Shown here piece by piece: positions 1 to 9,010 of a stretch of 64,000 bases of DNA. Positions within the stretch are counted from its first letter, which is position 1. Each line of letters opens with the position of its first letter. The notes beneath the pieces were generated by a model. The model did not search any database. It saw only the letters and a program-made list of their open reading frames with translations, and was not told the origin of the DNA. The position numbers and the translations under genes were made by a program. The stretch comes from a plasmid: assembly GCF_054482595.1 (NCBI RefSeq), contig NZ_JBTHVH010000001.1. One strand, 5' to 3'.

Positions 1-2
1 AG

Positions 3-386
3 GTTTTCATTTTTGATTACTTCGAACGCAAGCACCCTGACATCTATGAGCTGTTGCATGCAACGCCTAACGGAGGGAAGCGTTCAAAAGCAACCGCCGG
101 GAAAATGAAGGCTGAAGGGCAGAAAAAAGGTTATCCGGACATGAGTCTCGATAAAGCATGCGGTATTTATCACGGCATGCGAATTGAGCTTAAAGAACCA
201 AATGGTAAAGCCCCGACGAAAGAGCAGATCGCCTGGATGCGCAGGCTTAGAGAGGAAGGCTACTACGTTGTTCTTGCGTATGGTGCAGAACAAGCGATTA
301 CCGCCATCCTGGAATACATAAGTCTTAAAAAGGGTGAGGCTATTGAGCATGTATTGAACGGCGATAAGTGGTTGCATGCTGCTTAA
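3..386 (+). CDS. VRR-NUC domain nuclease, 5' end cut by window edge
   Basis: The frame is open to the window edge. LLHATPNGGKRS, GYPDM and IELKEPNGK fit the VRR-NUC PD-(D/E)xK layout. Confidence 0.6.
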   Translation, partial: VFIFDYFERKHPDIYELLHATPNGGKRSKATAGKMKAEGQKKGYPDMSLDKACGIYHGMRIELKEPNGKAPTKEQIAWMRRLREEGYYVVLAYGAEQAITAILEYISLKKGEAIEHVLNGDKWLHAA

Positions 387-392
387 AATAAT

Positions 393-409
393 AAATTAAT
401 TAGTGCATG
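393..409 (-). promoter_or_regulatory. Candidate C1 operator (ATGCACTAAT variant)
   Basis: The reverse complement is CATGCACTAATTAATTT, about 15/17 matches to the variant seen at 20943-20959. It lies upstream of the next gene block. Confidence 0.4.
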
Positions 410-452
410 TACGCTCTTTGTGGTAGTGCACTTTAACATCGGGAGAATAATC

Positions 453-608
453 GTGTCATCCAAGGTTAATTATGAGTCGCTGGCATCGGTCATGCCGCGT
501 AATGAACAGGAAACAGATGCTGTAGTGGACCCTGTAATCGCTGAAATGAATGCTCGCCTGGAGGCTGAATTTGCAGCTGAGAATGAACATACCACCCAGG
601 GCGACTAG
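453..608 (+). CDS. Small acidic hypothetical protein (51 aa)
   Basis: GTG start preceded by GGGAGA. The product is D/E-rich. The ORF track lists a longer form, 420-608. Confidence 0.35.
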   Translation: MSSKVNYESLASVMPRNEQETDAVVDPVIAEMNARLEAEFAAENEHTTQGD

Positions 609-1212
609 GACTGTTTTTTGTGTCGGTAGCGGTCCGTCACTCACTCGTGAGGACTGTGCTGCTATAGAAAAAACTGGCTGTTCAATCATCGCGGTTAACA
701 ATTCCTGGCAGATGTTCGATGACATTTATGCCTTATACGCCGGTGATTTGTCATGGTGGAAGCAATACGGATCCACCATACCGGGAGGGAGATTCCGCAA
801 AGTGACAGCCAACCTGGCGGCGGCGAAATCATTTTCGTTGGAGTACAGGCGATATTGTGGACCGGCGGAAGGGGTAAATAGCGGCGCGCAGGCTATCAGT
901 CTGGCTGCTGAATCAGGGGCTGAAGTAGTGGTATTAGTCGGCTATGACTGTTCTCTGCAAAACGGCCTTCATTGGCATGGCGCGCACCCTCAAGCACTAC
1001 GGAATCCAACGCAGGTGTCTATTTCAAAATGGCAACAGCAGTTCCTGGATACCCGCAAAAAACACGCAGATTTACATATTTTGAATGCAAGTAGGAGCAG
1101 TGCAATTCAATGTTTCCCAAGAATAAATTTAGAGGCAGTGATCGCGTTATTATCGTCGGCAGTGGCCCAAGCGCCGCAAACTTTGTTGCGCCGCGCGGAG
1201 TGCCGATTATAG
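583..1212 (+). CDS. GSGPS Rossmann-like protein, DUF115/MAF-like layout, paralog 1
   Basis: Contains VGSGPSL, IIAVNNS and NSGAQAISLAAESGAEVVVLVGYD. It is a paralog of the next ORF. The start is uncertain (550 or 583). Confidence 0.5.
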   Translation: MNIPPRATRTVFCVGSGPSLTREDCAAIEKTGCSIIAVNNSWQMFDDIYALYAGDLSWWKQYGSTIPGGRFRKVTANLAAAKSFSLEYRRYCGPAEGVNSGAQAISLAAESGAEVVVLVGYDCSLQNGLHWHGAHPQALRNPTQVSISKWQQQFLDTRKKHADLHILNASRSSAIQCFPRINLEAVIALLSSAVAQAPQTLLRRAECRL

Positions 1213-1736
1213 CGGTCAATGGGGCCATCGACTGGCTTAACCGCGCTTCTTATTTTTTCACCCTTGATCCATCCCCAGACAATATGCGGCGCGTTGGTCG
1301 TGGCCGCCGTCGCCGTGGTGTTTGTTATTGCATGGCACTACCCGATGTTAAAGAACGTGAAGTCAGAGATGGCGTTCTGTGCTTCCGTCGTGTGGCTGAA
1401 CGCGGCATGGAGCCAAAAAATACGAATTCTCCCGAGTGGTGGGCGTGGCGCTGGTCCGCACATTTCGGCCTTTGCGAAGATGAGAATGAAATTGCCAGCG
1501 GCAATAGTGCATATGGTGCTCTGAACCTGGCTTTCCATATCGGATTCAAACATGTAGCTCTGGTGGGCGTTGACGCTACGCAAGAACTACGCGTTCACTC
1601 CGGCGGCACGCCAAAAAATCTAAGTCACCTGCCTTTGTTATTCCAGTCTGCGCGTGAACAGATTGACGTTGTTTCATGCGGGAAAATGGGAGGTATTCCG
1701 CAGATGACTCTTAAAGAATGGCTGAAGAATACATGA
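1110..1736 (+). CDS. GSGPS Rossmann-like protein, DUF115/MAF-like layout, paralog 2
   Basis: Contains [17 protein letters not shown] and [24 protein letters not shown], with motif order matching 583-1212. Confidence 0.5.
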   Translation: MFPKNKFRGSDRVIIVGSGPSAANFVAPRGVPIIAVNGAIDWLNRASYFFTLDPSPDNMRRVGRGRRRRGVCYCMALPDVKEREVRDGVLCFRRVAERGMEPKNTNSPEWWAWRWSAHFGLCEDENEIASGNSAYGALNLAFHIGFKHVALVGVDATQELRVHSGGTPKNLSHLPLLFQSAREQIDVVSCGKMGGIPQMTLKEWLKNT

Positions 1737-2410
1737 TGGCACCCACAATTTATCACCGTATCGACGGTACCAAATACAGGAATGTCTGGGTTGTTGGTGA
1801 TCTGCATGGTTGCTACACCAGACTGATGTCCGAACTCCATCGTGTGGATTTTGACCCGGCGCAGGATTTACTGATATCGGTCGGCGACCTTATCGATCGC
1901 GGTACTGAAAATGTCGAATGTCTGGAACTATTGCAGATGCCCTGGTTCAGGGCAGTGATGGGGAACCATGAGCGGCTGATGATTGATGCGTTAAGTCCAG
2001 ATGGCAACGTGAATAACTGGCTAATGAATGGCGGACAATGGTTCTTCATGCTGGACACTGATCAGGAAATATTAGCCTGGGCGCTGGTGGAGCTGGTAAA
2101 GCGTCTGCCCTATATCATTGAGTTGAACACGGGGCAAGAAACTATCGTTATAGCCCATGCCGACTATCCGGATAATGAATACCAATTCGGTAAGGAGGTG
2201 CCGCTTTTCAACGTTGTCTGGGCGCGCGAGCGTATCAGTGATTCGATGGATGATATTGGTGGCGAAATTTCGGGCGCAGATCGTTTTATCTTTGGTCACA
2301 CTCCGGTGAAAAGCCCGAAGACATTCTGGAATCAGCAGTATATCGACACTGGTGCCGTATTTTGCGGAAACCTGACATTGATGAAAGTGAAAGGTGATGG
2401 TGCAGCATGA
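1718..2410 (+). CDS. Ser/Thr protein phosphatase, PPP family (lambda-PP-like)
   Basis: GDLHGC, GDLIDRG and GNHE metallophosphoesterase motifs. In-frame ATGs at 1733 and 1736 are alternative coupled starts. Confidence 0.8.
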   Translation: MAEEYMMAPTIYHRIDGTKYRNVWVVGDLHGCYTRLMSELHRVDFDPAQDLLISVGDLIDRGTENVECLELLQMPWFRAVMGNHERLMIDALSPDGNVNNWLMNGGQWFFMLDTDQEILAWALVELVKRLPYIIELNTGQETIVIAHADYPDNEYQFGKEVPLFNVVWARERISDSMDDIGGEISGADRFIFGHTPVKSPKTFWNQQYIDTGAVFCGNLTLMKVKGDGAA

Positions 2411-3108
2411 AGATTGCTTTAGTTTTTCGCTCTGGTGGTGACTATAACGCTTCCGATGTGCAGTGGCTGGTTAATCAACTGCCAAAAGACTATGAAATTA
2501 TTTGCCTGACAGACCTGAAGTGTTTACATGTACCTGGCGTCAAAGTTATCCCATTGATCAACCAGTGGCAAAAGTGCCGTGGCTGGTGGGCGAAAATCGA
2601 GTTGTTCCGACCGGATATAACCGATGATCTGTTCTATCTGGATTTGGACACGGTTATTGCCGGTGATATACGCCCAATCCTAGAGCATCCACCAACCAGC
2701 TTCACCATGCTTAGGGATTTTTACCATCCACAATATCGTGGCAGCGGTGCCCTGTGGATACCAAATAGTGTTAAAGCGCATATCTGGAGTTCATTCTGGC
2801 AAGATCCGGAAGGTTGGATTTCTCGTTGTGTCACTACTGAGTGCTGGGGTGACCAGGGGTTCTTACGAAAGGTTATGGGCGATGATACACCAGCATTTCA
2901 GGATCTGTATCCAGGATGGTTTGTAAGTTACAAGGCCGATGTTGTGGAACCTGGTTCAAAATATGCGAGCGCGCGTTACTCCAGGGGGAATGGGGCATTA
3001 CCAAAAGACTGCCGAATAATCTTTTTCCACGGCAAACCGCGACCTCGCGAAGTGTCAGAGGATTGGCTTCCCCTTATCAGCTCATTTTTTGAGCGAGAAT
3101 CAGAATAA
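2407..3108 (+). CDS. GT-A-like nucleotide-sugar transferase candidate
   Basis: WWAKIELF followed by [11 protein letters not shown] (DxD). ATGA overlap with the upstream gene. Confidence 0.5.
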   Translation: MKIALVFRSGGDYNASDVQWLVNQLPKDYEIICLTDLKCLHVPGVKVIPLINQWQKCRGWWAKIELFRPDITDDLFYLDLDTVIAGDIRPILEHPPTSFTMLRDFYHPQYRGSGALWIPNSVKAHIWSSFWQDPEGWISRCVTTECWGDQGFLRKVMGDDTPAFQDLYPGWFVSYKADVVEPGSKYASARYSRGNGALPKDCRIIFFHGKPRPREVSEDWLPLISSFFERESE

Positions 3109-3109
3109 T

Positions 3110-3126
3110 ATTGCTCTAATAATTCC
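3110..3126 (+). promoter_or_regulatory. C1 operator
   Basis: ATTGCTCTAATAATTCC compared with the P1 consensus ATTGCTCTAATAAATTT. Confidence 0.7.
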
Positions 3127-3134
3127 ATATTTTT

Positions 3135-3164
3135 AAAACGTGATGTACACTCATCACGTTTTTT
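3135..3164 (+). terminator. Rho-independent terminator (bidirectional shape)
   Basis: Perfect 11-bp stem AAAACGTGATG/CATCACGTTTT with a 6-nt loop. A-run before the stem and T-run after it. Confidence 0.75.
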
Positions 3165-3175
3165 ATTAGAGCAAT
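3159..3175 (-). promoter_or_regulatory. C1 operator (inverted relative to 3110-3126)
   Basis: The reverse complement is ATTGCTCTAATAAAAAA. Confidence 0.65.
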
Positions 3176-3189
3176 CTACAAGGTGCACT

Positions 3190-3408
3190 ATGTGGCCATT
3201 CCGACGGAAATATCACTACTGGCTGATCGCCTTTGTTACGCCGACCGGCGGTATCAGGCATGTCATCACCAGGTATCGCAACAAGAGACTCACCTTAGCC
3301 AGAATTTTACAGGCTGCCATAGGTGAGGGACTGGATACAAATTGCGTAGTCCTTCCTCCTTCATACTTAGGAAAAATGACCGAAGCACAAGCTAATACGG
3401 AACTTTGA
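3190..3408 (+). CDS. Hypothetical protein (72 aa)
   Basis: ORF directly precedes the next gene and abuts it. No motif recognised. Confidence 0.4.
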   Translation: MWPFRRKYHYWLIAFVTPTGGIRHVITRYRNKRLTLARILQAAIGEGLDTNCVVLPPSYLGKMTEAQANTEL

Positions 3409-3409
3409 A

Positions 3410-4672
3410 ATGAGCACTTCAGCACAAAACCAATCAATCGAAAATGTATGTATCCCTGATGTCCTGAATGCCGGTATCCCGGCCATTATCCAGAACATCC
3501 GGGCCGCGCAACGCCGCGTTAGTTGTGATGACCTCACAGCACGTTTTTTTGATAATGCGGTTCAGTCAGCGGAGATGCTTCACGCACAGCTTATTGATGT
3601 TTATAACGCAGAAGCTGATAGCCATAACTCCCTGGTAGATGCAGCTGAAAATATGCAGTTGGATCTCGGTCTGAAGGGTAAAGAAATTGAAGAGCTTCAG
3701 CTGCAAATTGAACATTTGAAACGCCAGCAACAGGACGCGATCGACGATGCGACGCATGACGCCAACCAGCGTGCTGATAATGCCGAACGTATAAGCATTG
3801 AGCTGGAAACAAAACTCAATGAAATGACCGCGATGGTTGAACTGCGGAACTCACAGATTTCAACGCTAAAATCTCAATATAAAGAGATCATGAAACTTGA
3901 TCCTTTTAACCTTGAGAAACGCTATAACAAAGCTAAAAGCGAGCGACAGGAACTGCGTAAGCAGGTCGCCGACCTTAACCAACAGCTCAAAAAAACTATT
4001 AAAGATGCAAGCGAAGCGCGCGTGGCATTTGCTAATAAAAAAGCAGAGGTTACCGCGCTGGTTAATGAGAATGCCAAATTTGCGACGCTCAAGAAGGAAA
4101 TGTATGGCATTACTGAGCGCCGTTTCCCTGCAAGCAAACTTCATCCGACGTTAGGGCAAATCTCCTTCTTCCCGCGCCTCCTGGCTTATGGGATCTCATC
4201 GCCTAAAGAGTTCAATAACGAGCGTCCTTATATCGTTTCTAAACTGGACTTTGCTTATCAGTTCTGCTGCGACATGGGCTATGCCATTGATATCCGAATC
4301 AACGAATGGTTGATGCCAAACTTCCAGCCGCTGGCCATTTTCCGCGAGTTCCAGCCGGAAGGTTGGGTAGAGTTCTTCCATGAATTGATCTGTAAAGAGA
4401 TGGAAAGCCGCCGCCCGGAACTGGTCCGCCGTGTCGAGTGGGCGCAAGAGGTTATGTTGGCAGATGCAGAGCTGCCGTTCGAACCGGAATTTATTGATGA
4501 TCTGGCAGCTAAAGGGCTGCATACCCTGTTTGATGTGGTTACCCGCCGTCATGAGCAGTTGGTTGTCGAATTGGGTTTAGAGGAAACAGCGGCAAGAAGA
4601 CTTCTCGATGTTTGCTATGCACGTAGCGATGCATGGGAAAAAGAGAACGGCGGCACTATTTACGTTCGCTGA
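3410..4672 (+). CDS. Coiled-coil hypothetical protein (420 aa)
   Basis: Long heptad-like E/K/Q-rich centre. Followed by a strong terminator. Confidence 0.7.
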   Translation: MSTSAQNQSIENVCIPDVLNAGIPAIIQNIRAAQRRVSCDDLTARFFDNAVQSAEMLHAQLIDVYNAEADSHNSLVDAAENMQLDLGLKGKEIEELQLQIEHLKRQQQDAIDDATHDANQRADNAERISIELETKLNEMTAMVELRNSQISTLKSQYKEIMKLDPFNLEKRYNKAKSERQELRKQVADLNQQLKKTIKDASEARVAFANKKAEVTALVNENAKFATLKKEMYGITERRFPASKLHPTLGQISFFPRLLAYGISSPKEFNNERPYIVSKLDFAYQFCCDMGYAIDIRINEWLMPNFQPLAIFREFQPEGWVEFFHELICKEMESRRPELVRRVEWAQEVMLADAELPFEPEFIDDLAAKGLHTLFDVVTRRHEQLVVELGLEETAARRLLDVCYARSDAWEKENGGTIYVR

Positions 4673-4691
4673 CAGTTACAGTGTCACTTTT

Positions 4692-4726
4692 AATGCTGGT
4701 GGAGTGCGCCCACCAGCATTTTTTTC
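4692..4726 (+). terminator. Rho-independent terminator
   Basis: Stem AATGCTGGTGG/CCACCAGCATT followed by a T-run. Confidence 0.8.
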
Positions 4727-4744
4727 GTCCAATGAGGAGGGCAT

Positions 4745-5251
4745 TTGAGTATTTTCAATAAACACGCACACCAGGAACGTCCGTATATCGTCATAGTTGA
4801 TATTGATGGAACAATATCAGAGGCAACTGAAGACAGACTGCATTTGCTTCCGCCACCAGGTAAAGGTGCATTAACAAAGGACTGGAACGAGTTTAATCTC
4901 GCCTGTGACACCGATACTCCCATCACTCCAGTTATTGATATGGTGCGCCAGTTATTTAACGTTTACACGGTCTGGTTTGTAACCGGGCGCTGTGAGATCG
5001 CAAGGGATAAAACACGAGCCTGGCTGCGGAAGTACGTAACAAACGGGGCTGAGCCTTTGCTATCTATGCGTCCTGCCACCGATGACAGAAATGACGGCCC
5101 AGCAAAGATTGATCTCCTTAAGAAAATTGGTCTAAGTAAAATCGCGTTCGCGCTGGAAGATAAGATTGAAGTGGCGCGTGTTTTCAGGAGGCACGGCGTG
5201 CTTACGTTAATGGTCAGGGAGTATGAAAATGCGCTTCTTCATCAACAATGA
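4745..5251 (+). CDS. HAD-superfamily phosphatase-like protein
   Basis: IVIVDIDGTISE (DxDGT motif I). TTG start 5 nt after GGAGG. Confidence 0.6.
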   Translation: MSIFNKHAHQERPYIVIVDIDGTISEATEDRLHLLPPPGKGALTKDWNEFNLACDTDTPITPVIDMVRQLFNVYTVWFVTGRCEIARDKTRAWLRKYVTNGAEPLLSMRPATDDRNDGPAKIDLLKKIGLSKIAFALEDKIEVARVFRRHGVLTLMVREYENALLHQQ

Positions 5252-5267
5252 TTGCTCTAATAAATCT
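5251..5267 (+). promoter_or_regulatory. C1 operator
   Basis: ATTGCTCTAATAAATCT, 16/17 to consensus. It overlaps a TTGATT -35-like hexamer. Confidence 0.75.
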
Positions 5268-5349
5268 TGATTTTTAAAACGGAGAAAGTGAAAATAAAAA
5301 CATGCCGCAAGGCGCGGCATGTATCCAATCAATCACAGGAGCTGAAAAT

Positions 5350-5436
5350 ATGAACACGGCATTCAAAATCATTATGGCCGCGATCTATTTCTGGCTGTTC
5401 TCTATCACTTTTGGCGGCATCGTCGCACATGGGTAA
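5350..5436 (+). CDS. Small hydrophobic peptide (28 aa)
   Basis: MNTAFKIIMAAIYFWLFSITFGGIVAHG after CAGGAG. Below the ORF-track size cutoff. Confidence 0.35.
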   Translation: MNTAFKIIMAAIYFWLFSITFGGIVAHG

Positions 5437-5445
5437 GGGGGATGC

Positions 5446-6174
5446 ATGAAAGGCGAAGTGAAAGAGCGCGGCATGATTTTCAACGATGAGATGGTCCGGG
5501 CCATCCTCGAAGGAAGGAAAACGCAGACGCGGCGGATAATGAAAAATCAGCCTGCGGAAGTTGGTCCAGAAGCACCAGTGATGGTTAGAAAAATTGGTGC
5601 AGGTTTTCAGTGGTACGGGGCTGATGGTGTAAGCAGTGTTTTCAATTGCCCATTTGGTATCGTCGGCGATCGAATTTGGGTTCGTGAAACATGGGCGATA
5701 TTAGGCAATGAGGATGGTTGCAGTGTGGACTGGAACGACAACCTTTGTCGTGGCGATGAGAAGAACGCAGCAAGGATTTATCGGGCCAGTTGCGAGCAAA
5801 AACCTGGTGATTACGGCTTATGGTCGATACCCGATGATGCCGACTGGAAACCTCACACTGTGAATGAAAAGTTTGATGGTGGGTGGCGTCCATCAATTCA
5901 CATGCCGCGATGGGCATCACGCATTCTGTTGGAAATTACCAACGTGCGCGTTGAACGGTTGAACGATATCAGCGAATGCGATGCAAGGGCTGAGGGCGTT
6001 CCGCCTGCTGGAAGTTTGCTTCCTGATCACCCGGGAACATTCCTTACTCCCAAGGGGGATTTCGCAATGGCCAAGGTTGCGTTCCAGCGCCTGTGGGAAT
6101 CCATCTATGGTGAAGAAAGCTGGAACGCTAATCCCTGGGTGTGGGTAATCGAGTTTAAGCGCATTCAGGAATAA
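5446..6174 (+). CDS. Conserved phage protein with ASCH-like N-terminus
   Basis: FNDEMVRAILEGRKTQTRR and GDRIWVRETWA, a motif pair I associate with ASCH-type phage proteins. Confidence 0.5.
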   Translation: MKGEVKERGMIFNDEMVRAILEGRKTQTRRIMKNQPAEVGPEAPVMVRKIGAGFQWYGADGVSSVFNCPFGIVGDRIWVRETWAILGNEDGCSVDWNDNLCRGDEKNAARIYRASCEQKPGDYGLWSIPDDADWKPHTVNEKFDGGWRPSIHMPRWASRILLEITNVRVERLNDISECDARAEGVPPAGSLLPDHPGTFLTPKGDFAMAKVAFQRLWESIYGEESWNANPWVWVIEFKRIQE

Positions 6175-6177
6175 ACC

Positions 6178-7056
6178 GTGAGTATGCATCAAGTCGTCAG
6201 CTTTTCAGGTGGACGAACATCGGCTTATCTCGTTCATCTGATGGAAGCACAGCGAAAAGCTGGCGCTAGCGTCCATTTCATTTTTATGGATACCGGCTGT
6301 GAACATCCTCTGACGTATCGCTTTATTCGTGAGGTTGTGAAGTTCTGGAACGTACCGCTAACGGTGTTGCAGGTCGATATAAATCCAGAACTTGGGCAGC
6401 CAAATGGTTATACGGAATGGGAACCAAAGGATATTCAGACGCGAATGCCGGTGCTTAAACCGTTTATGGACATGGTTAAAAAGTACGGTACGCCATACAT
6501 CGGCGGCGCGTTCTGTACCGACAGGCTAAAACTCACCCCTTTCACGAAATATTGCGATGACCATTTTGGGCGAGGGAATTACATCACATGGCTCGGTATT
6601 CGTGCGGACGAACCCCGTAGGCTGAAACCGAAACCGGGCGTCCGGTATCTTGCCGAACTGTCAGATTTTGATAAGTCGGATGTTATCCGGTGGTGGCGAA
6701 AACAACCTTTTGATTTGCAAATCCCGGAGCACCTCGGGAACTGTGTTTTTTGCATCAAAAAGTCAACGCAAAAGCTGGGGCTTGCATGTAAAGACGAACC
6801 AGGTCTGATGCGGGTTTTTAATGAACTGGTTACAGGCAAACACGTCAGGGATGGTCATCGCAGAACAGGTAAAGACGTTATGTACCGTGGCCACCTGACG
6901 CTTGACGGGATTGCCAGAATGTATGCCGACAGTGACTACAGAAATTTGTATCAGGCGATGGTGCTGGCCAAGCGGTTTGATACTGGTTCGTGTTCCGAAT
7001 CATGTGAAATCTGGGGTGACCAATTGGAGTTGAAATTCGAAGAGGTAGTGGAATGA
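6178..7056 (+). CDS. PAPS reductase family / PP-loop protein
   Basis: VVSFSGGRTSAYL PP-loop-like motif. Size and layout are typical of phage PAPS-reductase-like proteins. Confidence 0.7.
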   Translation: MSMHQVVSFSGGRTSAYLVHLMEAQRKAGASVHFIFMDTGCEHPLTYRFIREVVKFWNVPLTVLQVDINPELGQPNGYTEWEPKDIQTRMPVLKPFMDMVKKYGTPYIGGAFCTDRLKLTPFTKYCDDHFGRGNYITWLGIRADEPRRLKPKPGVRYLAELSDFDKSDVIRWWRKQPFDLQIPEHLGNCVFCIKKSTQKLGLACKDEPGLMRVFNELVTGKHVRDGHRRTGKDVMYRGHLTLDGIARMYADSDYRNLYQAMVLAKRFDTGSCSESCEIWGDQLELKFEEVVE

Positions 7057-7256
7057 CAATCGTAAAAACCCATACCGGTACCGTGATCACCAAAGATGGC
7101 CCGAAGGTAAAAAAACTGCACCAAACAGAGCGGATGTGGGTCGTTGGCAAAAACGAGTTTTACCACAAAGAAACTGGACGCCGCCACTTTGCAGAAAATA
7201 CGCGCCGTCGACTGCTGTTAGACACCATCAAGCCTATCGAGGTGAAGCATGTTTAA
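7053..7256 (+). CDS. Hypothetical protein (67 aa)
   Basis: ATGA overlap with the upstream stop. GAGGTAG ribosome-binding site. Confidence 0.5.
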   Translation: MTIVKTHTGTVITKDGPKVKKLHQTERMWVVGKNEFYHKETGRRHFAENTRRRLLLDTIKPIEVKHV

Positions 7257-7488
7257 ACAGAACGAAAAGGCTATCGCTCAAATTGCTGATTATATCCCGC
7301 GTGCGTGCCGGGGTATGCAGTTGCAGGAAGCCAAAGCGCGCCTGGAGAAAAAAATTGCGCTCTATATTGATGACGGCTGTGATGCTGCTGTTCTTAACGC
7401 AGCGTTCGCGCCAGCTCTTAACAGTCATACGCGGGAGTCTTTTTTTTCGCGCATCGCAGCGCAGATCCGTAAAGGAGGCAACCAGTGA
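7249..7488 (+). CDS. Hypothetical protein (79 aa)
   Basis: GAGGTG ribosome-binding site. The end overlaps the next start (GTGA). Confidence 0.5.
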   Translation: MFKQNEKAIAQIADYIPRACRGMQLQEAKARLEKKIALYIDDGCDAAVLNAAFAPALNSHTRESFFSRIAAQIRKGGNQ

Positions 7489-8132
7489 GCAAGATTGATT
7501 ATCAAAAGCTTCGTGAAATCGCTGAAAAAACAAAAATTGCTGGTGAAGCACCTGTAATGCCTTTCGATCAGCGAATTAATGCGCTTAACGATTTTATGAA
7601 GCACTTTTCGCCAGATATCGCGCTGGCATTGTTGGATGAACGGGAAAGAAACCAGCAATACATCAAACGCCGCGACCAGGAGAACGAGGAAATTGCGCTA
7701 ACGGTAGGGAAGCTGCGTGTTGAGCTGGAAGGCAAAGACAGCAAAATAGCCAATCTTACCGCCGAACGCGATGCTCTTCGTGAAGGTGAGATGGGCGACG
7801 CTAGGCATAGCAACACACGGGCCGCAGCTGATATCTACTTCCAACTGGTCGAGGAGTGCGAAATTCCTGCTGGCGGATCTCTGGTCGAGTACGTTGACGA
7901 TATGCGCGAGAAGCTGGAAGCCGCAGAGAAGCGCATTGCAGAGTTAGAAAGTGGTTCTCAGGCACAAAAGTTAGTTGAAGCAATCATTGTTGCGATAGAA
8001 AACGAACAGGAAAGGCTTTTTGATGAAGATTACCTAATGGATTCGAAAGAATGCATTGACGTAATTCGTGAAGAAGTAAAGCGATGGAATGATTCCCGTG
8101 CCGCTGGCATTCGCATCAACGGAGGTGAGTAG
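7485..8132 (+). CDS. Ead/Ea22-like coiled-coil protein
   Basis: GTG start after AGGAGG. N-terminus and coiled-coil composition resemble the Ead/Ea22 family. Confidence 0.55.
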   Translation: MSKIDYQKLREIAEKTKIAGEAPVMPFDQRINALNDFMKHFSPDIALALLDERERNQQYIKRRDQENEEIALTVGKLRVELEGKDSKIANLTAERDALREGEMGDARHSNTRAAADIYFQLVEECEIPAGGSLVEYVDDMREKLEAAEKRIAELESGSQAQKLVEAIIVAIENEQERLFDEDYLMDSKECIDVIREEVKRWNDSRAAGIRINGGE

Positions 8133-8308
8133 TGCGTGTGGCATGTATCGGCTTGTTACCGTACCCGACTCGTTTTTGGGCTTCTGCGCTAATTGCAAAG
8201 CCACATGTCCTGATGGCTGACAACATCATCCCGGCACCAAAGCGCCGCCATACCGGTATTGCAGCGGCACGACGAGCAGCAAAGAGACGCAGGAGAGCAA
8301 AGCGATGA
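8132..8308 (+). CDS. Small basic hypothetical protein (58 aa)
   Basis: GTG overlaps the upstream TAG (TAGTG) and the stop overlaps the next ATG (ATGA). Not in the ORF track. Confidence 0.3.
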   Translation: MRVACIGLLPYPTRFWASALIAKPHVLMADNIIPAPKRRHTGIAAARRAAKRRRRAKR

Positions 8309-8493
8309 AAAACCGTAAAGCAAAGATTCTGTTAGTTCGTAGAAACGCTCCTGGCGTCTGGCAGTGGGTGAGACTCAGCAACCGACGGATGGGGTTAATG
8401 AAACATTACGGGATGATGGATTGTGGTTTTTGCAAAAAGCCCAGCGCGGCGCAAAACCGCTGGAAAAACCACTTGCGCACTAAAGGAGAGTGA
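8305..8493 (+). CDS. Hypothetical protein (62 aa)
   Basis: Translationally coupled ORF. Contains a CGFC pair. Confidence 0.4.
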   Translation: MKNRKAKILLVRRNAPGVWQWVRLSNRRMGLMKHYGMMDCGFCKKPSAAQNRWKNHLRTKGE

Positions 8494-8494
8494 T

Positions 8495-9010
8495 ATGGCG
8501 TTAACACACCGCGAACTCTGTCAGATTGCGTACAAGTTCCTTAAGCGCAACGGGTTCAAGGTTTGTTTTCATGACCGCTTTATAGCTGTAACCAGTACCG
8601 GAGAACAGCCAGATGCTATGGGATTCAGAAATTCAGCATCATGCCTGATAGAGGCGAAATGTTCTCGTGCTGACTTGTTGGCAGATAGAAAAAAGCGTTT
8701 TCGTAAAAATCCGTCTCTTGGAATGGGCGACTGGCGATTCTTTATTAGTGAGCCGGGAATTATTTCAATTGAGGATTTACCACCTGGCTGGGGATTACTT
8801 CACGTTGTTAACGGAAGAGTACGGAAAGTACATGGGTGGCCCAAGGGTAATTGCTGTTGGGGTAATCCTGACGATAAGCCATTTACTGGAAATAAGCAGG
8901 TTGAATGCGATTACATGTTATCTGCATTAAGGCGCATGGAGTTAAGAGGGCACCTTAATGAAATATATGACGGTGTAATTGTTAATAAGAAAGAAGGAAA
9001 CGCGGCATGA
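8495..9010 (+). CDS. PD-(D/E)xK nuclease-like protein
   Basis: ATG after AAGGAGAG. PDAMGF and LIEAKCS resemble a D...ExK nuclease core. Confidence 0.5.
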   Translation: MALTHRELCQIAYKFLKRNGFKVCFHDRFIAVTSTGEQPDAMGFRNSASCLIEAKCSRADLLADRKKRFRKNPSLGMGDWRFFISEPGIISIEDLPPGWGLLHVVNGRVRKVHGWPKGNCCWGNPDDKPFTGNKQVECDYMLSALRRMELRGHLNEIYDGVIVNKKEGNAA

